NCBI RefSeq assembly: GCF_009914755.1 | Contig: NC_060936.1 | Strand: one strand, 5' to 3' | DNA: 64,000 nucleotides | Source of the DNA: the human T2T-CHM13v2.0 reference genome, Homo sapiens | Shown: positions 10,299 to 25,420 of the stretch, piece by piece | Position numbering within the stretch: the first letter of the stretch is position 1 | Layout: the number at the start of each line of letters is the position of its first letter | Notes under the pieces: model-generated | What the model was told of the DNA's origin: nothing | Database searches by the model: none | Seen by the model: only the letters and a program-made list of their open reading frames with translations | Program-made: the position numbers and the translations under genes

Positions 10299-13200
10299 AA
10301 AACTAATGGGTTTAGTTAGCAGCTCTTCTGCTCACTTTCTTAGAGGGGTCTTCAGCCTTCCTTCTCTATCCTATTAGGCAAAAGAGCTTCTCTTGCCTCG
10401 CTTTGCCCTCCAGTGACTTTGCCTCTCTTTTTTGGAGTCTGGGGCACTTAACATTATCTCTTCAAGGGTCTTAGGCTTTTACAAAAGACAAAAATAGTCA
10501 CGGAGGACTTCAGGGGCTTTCCCCTTCCATCCTGCAAAAAGTCCCTGAGGCAAAGGAGCATACAAGGAACAGGTTCCTGCTTAAAATCAGCGAAGAAGGA
10601 AAAAAATGTGTGAGGAGAAAAACCATACCTTAATATTTTAATAAATTGTTATACCACATATGTAGTTTGTTTTAATTAAGTTATTTTATAATCAGTTTTG
10701 ATGACTTTGTCATATGAAATGGGCCTCTAGAATAGAACCCCAACACATACTCTTGTACCCGTAAAAAGCAGGGACACAGAGAAGTCAGCGGGGTGTTGCT
10801 ATGAGTAGGGTGAGCATATGTATTATAGCTCACACTGGGACACATCTGAAATAGGAAGGAATTGCTATCAATAATTACACCAGAGCAGTAAGAGTGAGCT
10901 GAAACCACCCTGGGCAAACTCAAATACATGGGCACCCCACCTATAAATGATAGAGGCAGAATTTGAACGTGGGTCTGTGTTACTCCCACCATTGGGATAT
11001 TAATTAGGATAATCTGTAGCCAGCTCAACAGACTGACCACCAATGCTTTATTCCACATCCATTCTGTTGTTTTGCTGTTGACATGGCCTGAGAAAGGCTA
11101 GGTTCACAACTGGAGAATTTTATTCATGAGAAGCCCAGCAACCGCATTCCTTTGTTGTAACTGGCCAGTGCTCCAGGCATGAATGAGGCAAGTTTCATCT
11201 TCAATATTTACTGAAAACAGACGCTGAAGTTTGAGAAGCAAATGTAAAGTGCTCATTCCAAAGCCTCTTTATATACATGTTAAATCAGTTTGTGGGAAAG
11301 AGACCACAGAGATTGTTTAAACATTCATACTGATGACACAACTGTTCTAAAATATGCAGTTTCTTGTAGTTATATGTGGAATTAATTGCATATGGAGAAA
11401 GTCATCTAAGTCATCTTTTGAAACTGGCTAAAAGGAAATAGTCCATAACTCAGTGATATCAACATACACACCACTGTTCTGGGGACTCTACTTCACTTTT
11501 TTTCTTATCTCAGGCACTGTCTGAAGACGCTGTTTTCTCACTCAAGGCGTCATGACTCAGCTATGTAGCTCTGTCGAGAGACAGAAAAAAAAATCTGGGG
11601 CCAGAATGGAAGAGATAGCATTTAAGCACAACTGGAACTGTTGTGACCCTGGATTCTGGAGTGCAGCTCACTTCACCATGTTGCCATCGGCAGAGGAGTC
11701 TAGAAGAGTTGGTTCCTCTCTGCCCTTGAATTCCATCAGAGTCACGTGGCAAGTCAGTTGGAAGTAGATTTTCTCCCTTACCACACAGCACATTCCAATA
11801 GTCATTCTTAACTGAATTACCCCAAATTCTTAGCAGGGTCTCCTGTTAACCACAAGCGGTTAGATAGCTATGTTTAGACAGCAATGGCTCCTTATCTCCT
11901 TCACGCTGAGGGAAATCAGCGGTCCTTTCCTAGTGGCGGCTTGAGGCTCAGCTCCTCTGGGATGGAATCAGACCTCCACCACAGCCCTCAACCACAGGGA
12001 GTGGGACTCCCCCATATGTCTTATTCACAGCAGTAATCACACGTTTAGTACATCTGTTGTTTTAAATTTTTAGTCCCATTAATTCTTCCTTTTTAAACAA
12101 AAAGATATGAGGAGTTGAGAATCCCCATATTCACTTTGAAGTACCCTCACTTAAGGGGGAGATTTGGGGGAAAAAAATTGAGACATGAGGCAATCCTGAA
12201 AATATGAATAAAAGAATATAAATATTTCTCCAGTCTCTCTAGTCTTCATTAAAATACATAAGAGGAAGAAACTGGTTTGCCCTTCTATATTTAATTTGGA
12301 CTCTAACCTCTTTGAAAATTCAGTGGTATGATTAATTTTAGCTTATCTTATGGAATGACTCTTCACCTATAAATAAGTCTGTTCGTCTTCAGAAGACCAT
12401 AAATATGCCTCCTGGTTTAGAGCTATTTTTAAATATCTCTTACATATAATTGTAATGAGATCTGCTTCCAGGACAATAGCTTAGTATCAGTTACATTTCT
12501 ATTATGTTCTGTTAGTTTCTTGGTTGGGAAACATGCAAAAATGAGCTTACTTGAATGAATATGAATATTCAATGTTAAGCAGAGTAATAAAGACAAAAGA
12601 GAACCTGATATTTGATCTAACAAGACTAAAAAGAGCAAAACAAGAGAAGGAGAGAAGAGGAGGAGGTGGAGACAGAGAAGTAGAGATAAAGAAAAAACAG
12701 AAGAGTTGGAGGAGGGAGAGAATAAAAGCTTGGGAGTTTTAAATTTCAGGTAAAGGTGTAGAAATTTTTATTTTTAATTTTTTTTCTATGTTGTCCCACA
12801 CAATGTTGGAAAATAGGTGGAATAGTGAGGAGAGAACAGGACAGGCATTAGAGGTTCCTTCCTTACCCCTTCATCAGCCAAGTGCCTGATTCTCCACTTT
12901 TCTATCTCTCAGAGTCCCCAGGCTCACATGAGGTTTGCACACCCATACAGGAACGTGTTATCTCTATACTCACACATTAAACATGGCATGGCATTATTGG
13001 ATGTCTTGAGGCCAATGATGTCAGAAGTTATTTTCAGTGTAAAGTTATATACAAGTAATTAATAATACTTATAACAATCATATATGCTTCAAATTAGTGA
13101 TAAAAGCAACCTGGTAAATGAAAAATGACATACTCGGCTATTAAAAATTATATTGCTACAGAAAAAAGTTGAGAATCTGGTATTTCTAGGGCCACAATTA

Positions 13201-15784
13201 ATTTCTTATATTAGAACTCAAATCTTTAAAATAAAATCTCACACATGGGAATTACACTTGGGACTTTACACATGGGAAATGAATGATCAACTTTTCCTTC
13301 CTAGGTCATCTCCCATCGGAATAACAGACTTTCCGCTCTATAGAAGACAAAGGACTTGCTTTTCTCCAGAAAAATATCTCCCCATTGATAAATAATGAGC
13401 AAATGCAGGACACTTAAGTAGTGTTCCCATCAGTAGTGTGAACCCTGTCAGCACTAACCAGCTGGTCCTTGTCTGTTTTGCAGTCAAAGAAAACGGGAAC
13501 CCAGTGTGCATCTGAGTTCCCAAGGAGGGAAGGCTATGATTTGCCAGGTGTGTGCATGGGCAGAATGCCCAGTCCCAGGTTGTTTTATAAAAAACCTTGC
13601 TCAGGCATGGCCAGCAAAGCTGTGGCAGTCCTGAGGAAGCAAGTAAAAGACCATCATTGCTATTTCTGCAATATGCTTACCCTCTGCAAAACATCCTTGC
13701 ATTTTCTTGAATTGGTAAACAAGAGTTCAGAGAGGAAGTTAGAGTCATGACAGACAGTTGGAGTGGTAGGCAATTTAACTGTTGTGATTTCTATCATTCA
13801 TCAAATCAACACAATTATTTCAGTAACCAAATATGCGTTCAGAGAAACCAAGATTATAGAAGGCAGGTGTGGTGAGTGAAGAATTAGCAGATACCAATTT
13901 GCTTCTATTTGCAGAATCCAGGAATCAGGATCATATTTACTAATACACTTTGCAGGCAAAGCTTTTAGTTATTTCCATGTAATTGTTATGTAGCAAATCT
14001 TGGACAATTCATTTTATGTTTGCCTAACCCAGAAAGGTAAACTGGAATGATAGTGTTTTTCTGGATAATTTGATCCAATGAAATAATGACCTGGAGTCAC
14101 ATGGTGATGTCAGGGTTCTTGCAGCTCACGCCTTAGAACCGAGTTACATGGGAGACCATGTTTGAACAATGTCCTTTAAGGAATTCAGTAACTAAACCCC
14201 ACTGGACAGGAGCCAAGACAAGCCTGCTTAATGCCAAATTCCACTATAGTGGGTCATGTTATTGGATGGCTCAAATGAATCTGGGCCACGAAAAAGGGCC
14301 TCGTTCCCGCTATAGTTAGTTTTTTGTCTGAACTATCCAGATAATTGCTTCATTTTTCAACTTTTGTTTTTCTGCATGGAGTAGAAAGGCAGCTCTACTT
14401 ATTTAGTTTTGTCTTTTGTTATAATCAAATCATCACCTGTAATTCTCAGAAATCATCCCCATAAAAATATGTAACTTTTGTATATTTCAAAAAGAACCAC
14501 CTAATTCCACATGGCTACTTATTCTTTTATACATTTATTCATTTGTTCATTGTGATTCATTCAGCCAATATTTAACTGGACAAACAGAAGATACATTATC
14601 CTTTTGTATCATGCCACTTATTTGGGAATCTTTAATTAGCAGAAAAATCTTTCAAGTATTAAGAAGCACCAGGAAAAAGTAAACAGCTTTTGGAAAAGTT
14701 CTCCTGAAATGCTACGTCTCTGTAAAAACAAAAAGTTTAACCTGCAAAACAAGTGTATTATTTGAAGTTTACACAGCACCTTTTACTGGAAAATGTTCCA
14801 AGCATTAACATTTAATCTTACCAACATTAGTCCCAGAAGAAAACCAACCTTTTCTTTCTTTGAAAACCGGAGAAGCAGAGCTGCAGTTTGTGAATTTTCC
14901 TCTATTGAATGAACTTTTAGATCTAGACCACGTGTCCCTTATTAAATTCAGGTCACTCTGGAGAGCTCTAAGATATCATGAAAGGAGGCTACACAAAAAG
15001 TAGGGTCTTCTTTCACCCCGTCCCTCATTTCTATTTTCCCAATACCTTTCCCTAAACCTTATCAGCCCATTTGAAAAAGAAAGTGATTTATATTTGAAGA
15101 TAACCCATGTGGTTTGGATCTCTTTTTCTGCTGTTATATTAATCACTGCTGTCTTACTTGTGTCTTGCAAGCAACAACAACAAATAACAAATAGATATCC
15201 TCCTGCTAAATGAAAAAGGTTCTATAACCTAAGGGTCAGGGTGAGAGAAGTTATATTCTTAGGGTGCTAAGGTTTAATATTAGGTTTGTGATCATTTTGA
15301 GTTCTTTAAATACGGTCTGCAGTGACCTGACAGCAGGTTGGTTGAAGGAAGAGAGTGGACAATCATAGTTACATGAAAATAAAGCTAGAAGGCTCACCTG
15401 TGGTTTGCCTGATTGTGTTCCTGCTCTCATGAGTGACACTTACCCAACTCCAACTCTTCAGAAGGGGCCCAACAGAGGACAGACAATCATCCATGCAAAG
15501 GCTGTAGGAAGAGTCAAACACCTGGTGAGTAGATGAACCAGATGATCATAGATTATTTTTTAATTCCAAAGTTGTATGAATCCAAATTAAAATTTTTGTT
15601 TTCTGTTGTAGTTTTTAATCTTTTGTGTGTGTGACAGAGAATGTAAAATAGAATGCACATACAGAAAAGTACATAAACCAAGCTCCTGTGAAATGACCAT
15701 TTAGGTCAAGAATAGAACATAGTCATCTCTGAAGTCTTTCCATGACCTTACCAATCACATGCCCCATATCCTGAATTTTATGGT

Positions 15785-16172
15785 TGTATTAGTCCATTCT
15801 CACATTGCTATAAAGATACTACGTGAGACTGGGTAATTTATAAAGGAAAGAGGTTTAATGGACTCACAGTTCAATGGCACAGTTCATGGCTGGGGAGGCC
15901 TCAGGAAACTTAAAATCATGGTGGATGGGGAAGCAAACATGTCCTTCTTCACAGGGCAGCAGGAGACAGAAAAATGGGCAAAGGAGGAACTTGCCAAACA
16001 CGTAAAACCATCATATATCATGAGAACTCACTCACTATCACAAGAACAGCATGGGGGAAACCACCCCCATGATTCAATTACCTCCACCTGGTCTCTCCCT
16101 TGACATGTGGGGATTACGGGGATTAAACTTCAAGATGAGATTGTGGGTAGGGAACACAGCCAAACCATATCA
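15785..16172 (-). mobile_element. MaLR solo LTR (MSTA/THE1-type) nested in an old L1M fragment (about 15640-16350)
   Basis: TGTATTAGTCCATTCTCACATTGCTATAAAG...CAGCCAAACCATATCA; 5-bp TSD ATGGT/ATGTT. Confidence 0.85.
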
Positions 16173-17033
16173 ATGTTAAATATTTCTTTTCTTTTTAGAT
16201 CTATCACTATGCAATATAGTTTAATTTGCATGTTTTAGAAAAAACCTTATATAAACAGAACCATATACTGTGTGTTTTGCTATTTTTGCTCTACCTTATG
16301 GTTCTAAGATTGACCCATGCTGTTAGACACAGTTGTCCTTCCTTCATTTTTGTGGCTAGACCCAGATAAGTTCTGCTGAATAAAGGCTTAAGCAAGTCCT
16401 GAGCCCCCTCGGCTGGTACTTCACTGGTAATTCAGCAGGACTGGTTATTCTGTGTCTAGGGTTCTGTTGCAGAGAACAGAATACTCTCTAGCTAATTTAG
16501 GCAGGTAGCGATTTACTATAGGTTTTTAAGTGGCATAAAGAATTTTTGGAAGGAGAGACAACACAGCCTATAGAGTGAGCTTTTGGTTACCTTCCTTTGC
16601 CCTGCCCAGTTACACACAGTACTGGAAACCAAGGGAGCTGCTGCCACTCTAGGATCAGGGCTCCTCAGGCTCCAGCACCACATTGCCACTGCCTTGATCA
16701 CAAAGCCACTGCAATCAGAGACCCTCCTGATTAAAAGGTATCAGGATTATGAAGCCACTAATGCTACATACTCCAGAACCATTCTGTTCCTGACACAAAC
16801 TGCACTAGCAAAAATGGATGTCCATTGCCTTTCTCCTAAATACCCATGCAAGGTACCTATGCTAGCAACCAAATCTCTGCTGACATTGCCAAGAAGACCA
16901 AACACCTTTATAACACACCTGCCAGCAGAAATGGCAAAAGCAATATGAGGATATTTGGTTTGCAAAGCCTAAATACATCTGGGACTTTAGCTGAAATGTG
17001 TGAGAAAAAGTAGTCTTCATTGCACATCACGGC

Positions 17034-17244
17034 AATGGCTTTCAAATTTGGGATCAGAACCCATCATTAGCAGATCATGAGAACATTAAAAGAAAGAAAA
17101 TAGAACAGAATAGAAAATATCAGAAATCATGAACTCAGTAAGCACAAGTACTATTTTGTAGTACACATATGTGTATACTGGATTGCAATATCAGATGTTT
17201 TTCTTACTGTGGGTTGAGTTATTTAAAAAGTTTAAAAGCCACTG
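17034..17244. mobile_element. hAT-Charlie-type MITE
   Basis: Inverted termini CAATGGCTTTCAAATTT ... AAGTTTAAAAGCCACTG. Confidence 0.55.
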
Positions 17245-17589
17245 TACTAAAAGGAGGGTAGAATAGGTATTGAGTGCCAATCAACCATATTCACCACAAT
17301 TTCTCTTATTGAACATAGAGTTCAACTGTTGAACATGTTCAACAATGAGACTCTTGGCAGATCTTGTCGGCTAGTGTCTTCTAACAATCTACTTTGGAGC
17401 ATCTTAGTGGTCTGGATCTTCTTTACAGCCTGAACAATTCAGAAACACAAGACACAATGCTGGTAGCTTGGATCAAATCCTCTCCACAAATGCCTTAAAT
17501 TCAGCTAAGATCACTTAAGCTCCAGAAAAGATAGGATTTAGAAGTCTGTGTGTTGCCAATAACTGGTAGAGTGCTCTGACTGAGGACAC

Positions 17590-18612
<1,023 letters not shown>

Positions 18613-18849
18613 TTATATATGGTTGGATGGTTAGATGGATATAACTGCTTCTCTAAACTATGGAATTAAAAAAAATATATGGATCCGCAGTGGAGATTAG
18701 GACTGTTACAGCTGGAACAGCTGATCATAGTTGCCGATGCCTTTGGAAAACTAAGTGCATATGGGTTAAGTCCAGGTTCCATGAAATTCAATGTGAGCCA
18801 TCAATAATGTTGAATGTGGAAGGTGGAGGTTTGATTGGGAGCTGAATAT

Positions 18850-19560
18850 TGGCATAGTAGCAAAGTATCTCCCTGCCAAATACTTATGAAGAGGGAAAAC
18901 ATTGAGTTTATGATGGAGAAACTTAGTAGATGTCAATTTGATCCAGTGAACAGCAACTTCACTATTGGAGGGAGAGATTGGCCTCATGTGTCTCTTGATG
19001 TGATAGCCCAAGTAAAGTACAGCATCAGAGCATTCCTGCAAAGTAGTAATGGCCTGATTCTGGACATGAGGAATCATCAGATAAACTTAGGTAGAGGAAT
19101 ATCTACAGAATGAAGAGATAGAAAGATTGAAGAACTGTTCCAGAATGAAGAAGATTTAAAAATCTATGACAATTAAATGCAATGCATGATCCTGGGTTGA
19201 CTCCTGGACAAGAAAATAAAGAGATATTATTGGGACAGTTGGAAAAACTTGAGAGTGTTCTGTTAATTAGATAGCAGTGTTATATCAATGTTGATTTCTT
19301 AATTTGGAGGGTTGTAAGGTGGTTATGTAGGAGAATGTATTTGTTTTGGAGAAATATACACTGGAGGAATTGGGAGTGATTAATCATCAGGTCTGCAATT
19401 ACTGCTTAAATGGTTTATAACAGAATAATGTAAATTTTGAGAGAGAGAGAGAGAGATGGAGGAAAGGGGTAAAATGTTAATAATTGGGAACTTTGGGTAA
19501 GGAGATATGGGAGTTTTTGTACATATCTTGCCAATTTTCTTTACATTTCATTTAAAAATA
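18850..19560 (+). mobile_element. L1MC4/5-type 3' end fragment
   Basis: AAATGCAATGCATGATCCTGG...ATATTATTGGGACAGTTGG...TATATCAATGTTGATTTCTT...GTGGTTATGTAGGAGAATGT. Confidence 0.65.
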
Positions 19561-21293
19561 AATGATTGACTTCTACTTGTAGCCAAGATGGAATAACAGG
19601 GATCAGATTCAGCTCTCTGACTCAAACAACTGCAAAGGTAGCTACAGTGTGTAGGACAGAGTAGTTGGGATACAGGAGTGAGTAACTCTGGAGATCCTCA
19701 GAGGATTCCCTTTGAGTATTCAGCAGAGTGCTGATTAAAACATGTATGTGAGAAAATGGTCCAACGCTGGAGAAACTATTAGATAAAAAATATTCAGCAG
19801 TTAAAAGGCTGGGAATGGGGTCTGTTCCCAATAGCCAGACTGAAAAATCTTGTAATTTATGGAGCATTGGGTAGAGTAGTTAGAAAGGTCCTGTCTCAGT
19901 ACTAGGGAATAAATTACCAGACTAAATGCTGCCATGGTCCAGCCAAACAAATCTTAAAAAGCAAGACTCAAAAGGATCAAAATGTTTCCAAGGAACTTAA
20001 CTATATCCCAGAACAAAGCTCAAGAATATTTATAGGTACACAAAAATATCCAGGACCCAACAAGGTAATATTCACAGTGTCTGGCAACCAATAAAAGAGT
20101 GCCAGACATTCTAAGAAGCAGAAAAAATAAGACCCATAATGAAGAGAATAATCAATCAATTGAAATCTACCCAGAACTGACACAGATGTTAGCATTATTA
20201 AACACAGACATTTGAAAAGTTAATTTAACAGTATTCCAAAAGCTAAAAAAAATATAGAGTATGTTATAAAAATACAAAAAAAATCAAACAGCGAGAGCTA
20301 AAAACTATAATGTCTGAGATGAAAAATACACTAGATGGGATTTATAGCAGTTAAAACATTACAGAATAAAAGATTAGCAAACTTGAAAACATCAATAGAA
20401 GCTACTCAAGACAAAACACAAAGAGGAAATAAAAATATTTTAAAATAATTATAAGAGCTTCAGTAGTTGTGAGACAAATTTTATCAGGCTAATATGTAAT
20501 GAGATACTCATTAATGTACATGTAATATACATTACACTACATCATACATTACATAATATACATTACATCATTAATATACATGTAATAATATACATGTAAG
20601 ACAGTAGGGAGAAGGCAAAAAAATTGACATTATATAGCTGGAAATTTCCAAATTTGATGATATCTATAAACCCACAGATCCAACAACTCCAAAGAACTCT
20701 AATTACAAGAAACATAAAGAAAATTACACCAAGGAATATAATAATCAAATTTCTCCAAAGCAATGATAAATAGAAAATCTTAAAAGTAGCCAGAGAAAGA
20801 ACATGTATTACATAAGAGGAACAAAGATATGACAGCCAGCAAATTCCTCATCTGAAACTATGCAAGCGAAAGACAGTGGATCAACATATTTAGAAGGAAA
20901 AATAGCTATCATCTATATTCAGTGAAATAAAAACTCTTTCAGTCATACAAAAGCTGAAATAATTGATCACCAATAGCACCTCAATACAAGAAATGTTAAA
21001 AGAAGCCCTTCAAGTAGAAGAAAAATGGTACCAGATGAAAATCTGAATCTACTTAAAAAAACAAGGAGAACCATAAATGGGAACTATGGAAAACTATACT
21101 TGATTTATGTTCTTAAATTTAAATTCTTAAAAAGATATTTGATTATTTAAACAAAATTATAGCAATGTGCTGTGAAGTCTATGACATAAAAAAGATACAA
21201 AGTGTCAAAGTGCACAAAAGAAGAACTAGAAAACTTGATTAGCTTTATACTTATTAAAAATTGAACTTATAATTCCTTAATATAAAAAATTTC

Positions 21294-21825
<532 letters not shown>

Positions 21826-21988
21826 TTAGAAAATTGAATCCAAGAATATATGAAAAGGATAATACATCCTGACCAAATAGGGTTTATTTTGGGAATGAAA
21901 GTTTGGCTTACTATTAAAAATCAATCAAAGTAATATATCCTATTAACACATGAAAATATAAAAACTATATCATTATCTGAATAGATGC

Positions 21989-22351
21989 TGCTATGATTTG
22001 AATGTATCCTCCAAAAGTTCATGTGTTGAAAAGTTAATACACGAATTTATATGTCGATGGTATTCAGAGGTGGAGTCTTTGCCAGGTAATTAGGATTAGA
22101 TGAGGTCATGAGGGTGGGGTGCCCATGGTATAATTAGTGGCTTTATAAGGAAGGGAAGAGAGATCTAAGCCAGCACTTTCTCGCACCGTGTGATCTTTTT
22201 GCCATTATTATGGAGCAAGAAGGCTGTCACCAGACGCAGCCCCTTAATCTTGGAATTCTCAGTCTCCAGAACTTTAAGAAATACATTTTTTCTATGCAAA
22301 ATATCTAGTCTGTGGTATTCTCTTACAGCAGCAGAAAAACAGACTAAGACA
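21989..22351 (+). mobile_element. MaLR solo LTR (MSTD/MLT1A-type) inside L1M
   Basis: TGCTATGATTTGAATGT...CAGACTAAGACA; perfect 5-bp TSD GATGC (21984-21988, 22352-22356). Confidence 0.85.
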
Positions 22352-22818
22352 GATGCAGAAAGAGCATTTGACAAAATCAAACATCTGTTCCTAACTAAAA
22401 AAAAAAAAAAAAAAAAAACAACTCTCAGCTAACCAGAAATAGAACTTCCACTCAATCTGATAAAAGGTATCTAAGAAAAACCTAGAGGAAACATAATACT
22501 TAATTGTGAAAAATACAAAGATTTTTTCCTAAATTAAGGAAGAAAAAGATGTACTACTATTCAACACCGTGCTAGAGGTTTAATTAGAGCAATAAGGCAA
22601 AAAATTGCATTTAAGTTAAGAAAGATAAAGCAAAATTGTTTTTATTTGCGGAGTGCGTGATTGTTTATGTAGGAAATCTGATGGAATCTACAACAATCCC
22701 TAGAACCAATAAGTAAATTTAGCAAGTTTGAAGAGTACAAGATCAATGCCAAAATCAATTGTATTTCTACATATTAGCACTTGGAAATTGAAATGTAAAA
22801 AATGCTATTAAAATACAT

Positions 22819-22863
22819 TAAAAGTAATGGTAAAAACTGCAATTACTTTTAGACCAACCCAAT
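22819..22863. mobile_element. MADE1 (Hsmar1 MITE), one arm
   Basis: TAAAAGTAATGGTAAAAACTGCAATTACTTTTAGACCAACCCAA resembles the Hsmar1 terminal inverted repeat. Confidence 0.7.
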
Positions 22864-23862
22864 ATTGGAGATAACATTAAAATATAAAATAATTAGGAAT
22901 AAATCTGACAAAAGATGGACAAGACTTGTACATGAAAACTATAAAATATTGCTGAGGAAAATGAACTATGACCTAAACAACAGAGAGACATACCTTGTTC
23001 ATGGGCCTTAAGGTTTAATATTATTAGATGCCAATTCTACCCAAATTGATCTGTAGCTTCAATGAAATACTCAATAAAATCTTAGGCTTTGTTTTTGGTA
23101 ATAGTCAAAAGACTGATACTAAAATTCATATCAAAATGCAAAGAAGTTAGAATAGCCAAATCATCTTGAGAAAAGAAAAACGAGATCAGAAGACTTATAC
23201 TGTTTTATTATAAAGAGTTATTATAAAGTGTTTATATAGACTTATTATAAAGGTAATCAGGACGCTTTGGCATTGGTGTAAATATGGACAAATTAATCAA
23301 TGGAACAGAATAGGCAGTGCAGAAACAGATCCATACATACGACAACCAATGGATATATGGGTACCACACATATGGACAAGTAATATTCAACAAAGGTACA
23401 AAGACAATTCAGGGTAGAAAGAATAGTCTTTTTATAAATGATGCTGAAAAACTTTTGCAAAATAATAGAGAACTTGGATCAATACCTATAGTTATATAAA
23501 GAAATTAACTCAAAATGGATCATAGACCTAAATGTAAACCTCAGACTATAAAGATATAAGACATAGACACAGATATTTTAGATACAACATAAAATGCGTG
23601 ATACACAAAAGAAAAACATGAAATGATGAACCGTTAAAAATATCAACATTAAAACCTATGCTCTTTGAAAGACATTAATTAAGTCACAAACCACCAAATG
23701 GGAGAAAATATTTGTAAAGCATTTATCTCAGAAAGGATTTATATTCTAGAATATATTTTTTAAACTCTCAAAACTCAATGATAAAAACCAAACAACCCAA
23801 CTAAAAACTCACTTTAAAAAAATGGGAGACATATTTGAGCAGATTCTTTCCCAAAGAAGATC

Positions 23863-24171
23863 CAGGTTGAGCATCCCTAATCTGAAAGTCTGAAATTTGA
23901 AATGCTCCAAAATTTGAAACTTTTTGAGCACAACTATTCCACATCTGACCTCATGTGATGCATGCATGAAATTTAAAATATTATAAAAAATTGCCTTTGG
24001 GCTATGTGTATAAAGTGTATATGAAACATAAATAAATTTCATGTTTAGACTTGTGTTTCATTCCCAAGGTATCTTATTATGTATATGCAAATATTCCAGA
24101 ATTTTTTTTTTAAATCTGAATTACAAAACACTTCTGATCCCAAGGATTTTAGATAAGGGATATTCAATCTG
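23863..24171. mobile_element. Tigger4/MER46-type DNA transposon MITE
   Basis: TIRs CAGGTTGAGCATCCCTAATCTGAAA ... TTTAGATAAGGGATATTCAATCTG followed by TA. Confidence 0.8.
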
Positions 24172-25007
24172 TATATGAATAATGAATAGACACATTTTGT
24201 TAAGAAAATGAACATTAAAACCACAGTAAGATGCCACTGTTAACCAATTAGAAAGGCTAAAATTTAAAAAGACTAACCATATCAACTAATGAAGATATAG
24301 AGGAACTGGAGCTCTCATATATTATTGTTATTACCAATTTGGAAAATAGTTTGGCAATGTCTTTAAAAGTTCAATATAAACCTCCTATATTATCCAAACA
24401 TTGTACCCTAGATATTTACTCAAGAGAAAAGAAAGCGTACATCCATACAATGATGCATATGTGAATGTTCATAGCTGCTTTATTTGAGACAACCAAATGT
24501 CCATAAATAGGTAAATGTATTGTGCTATATCTATTGTATGAAATGATAGTAATTTAAAGGAATGAATTATTTTTACACACAATAATTTTGAGATAAATCT
24601 CAAAATAATCATGCAGAGTGAAAGAAGCTAAACCAAAAAGAGTACTAAGTAAACACATCTATTGTAATAGAAAGTGGGTCAGTGATTGCCTGGGAGGAGT
24701 GGGTAGGAAGAATTAGGAAGGAGGGGTTACAAAAAGGCAGGGGGGAAATATTGATCTTTCATCTTCAATTGATATTCACTATCATGGTTGTGGCAATGGT
24801 TTCATGGGCTTACACATTTGTCAAATTGTACAAATTGTACCAGTTTACCATTCATATTTATACCTCAATAAAGCTGTTTTTAAAAAACTATAAAATAAAA
24901 TATTAAAAAGTATTAAGGAGCCCTATATAAGACAGAAAATACATGTTGGTTGCTCGCAAATTGGATTGAGTCAGATTAAAAATAGAAAAACCAAAGGTTT
25001 TTTTTTC

Positions 25008-25420
25008 AGCTGTTGCAAAAGGGGTTGAGTTATTGATTTAATTCTCAGCTTGGTCGCTGTTGGTGTATAGCAGGGTTACTGCTTTGTGTACATTCATTTT
25101 GTATCTTGGTACTTTGCTGAACTCATTTACCAGTTCTGGGAGCTTTTTGGATGAGTCTGTAGGGTTTTCTAGGTATATGATCATGTCATCACCAAACAGT
25201 GACAGTTTGACTTCCTCTTTACCAATTTGGATGCCGTTTATTTCTTTCTCTTGTCTGATTGCTCTGGCTAGGACTTCCAGTAGCATGATGAACTGAAGTG
25301 GTGAAAGTGGGCATCCTTGTCTTGTTCCACTTCTCAGGGGGAATACCTTTAACTCTTCCCCATCAGTATTAATGTTGGCTGTGGGTTTGTCATAGGTGGC
25401 TTTTATTACTTTAAGGTACA
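25008..25420 (-). mobile_element. Inverted 5' segment of an L1PB (ORF2 RT region)
   Basis: Minus-strand frame ...[11 protein letters not shown]...[15 protein letters not shown]..., the L1 RT core. Confidence 0.92.
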
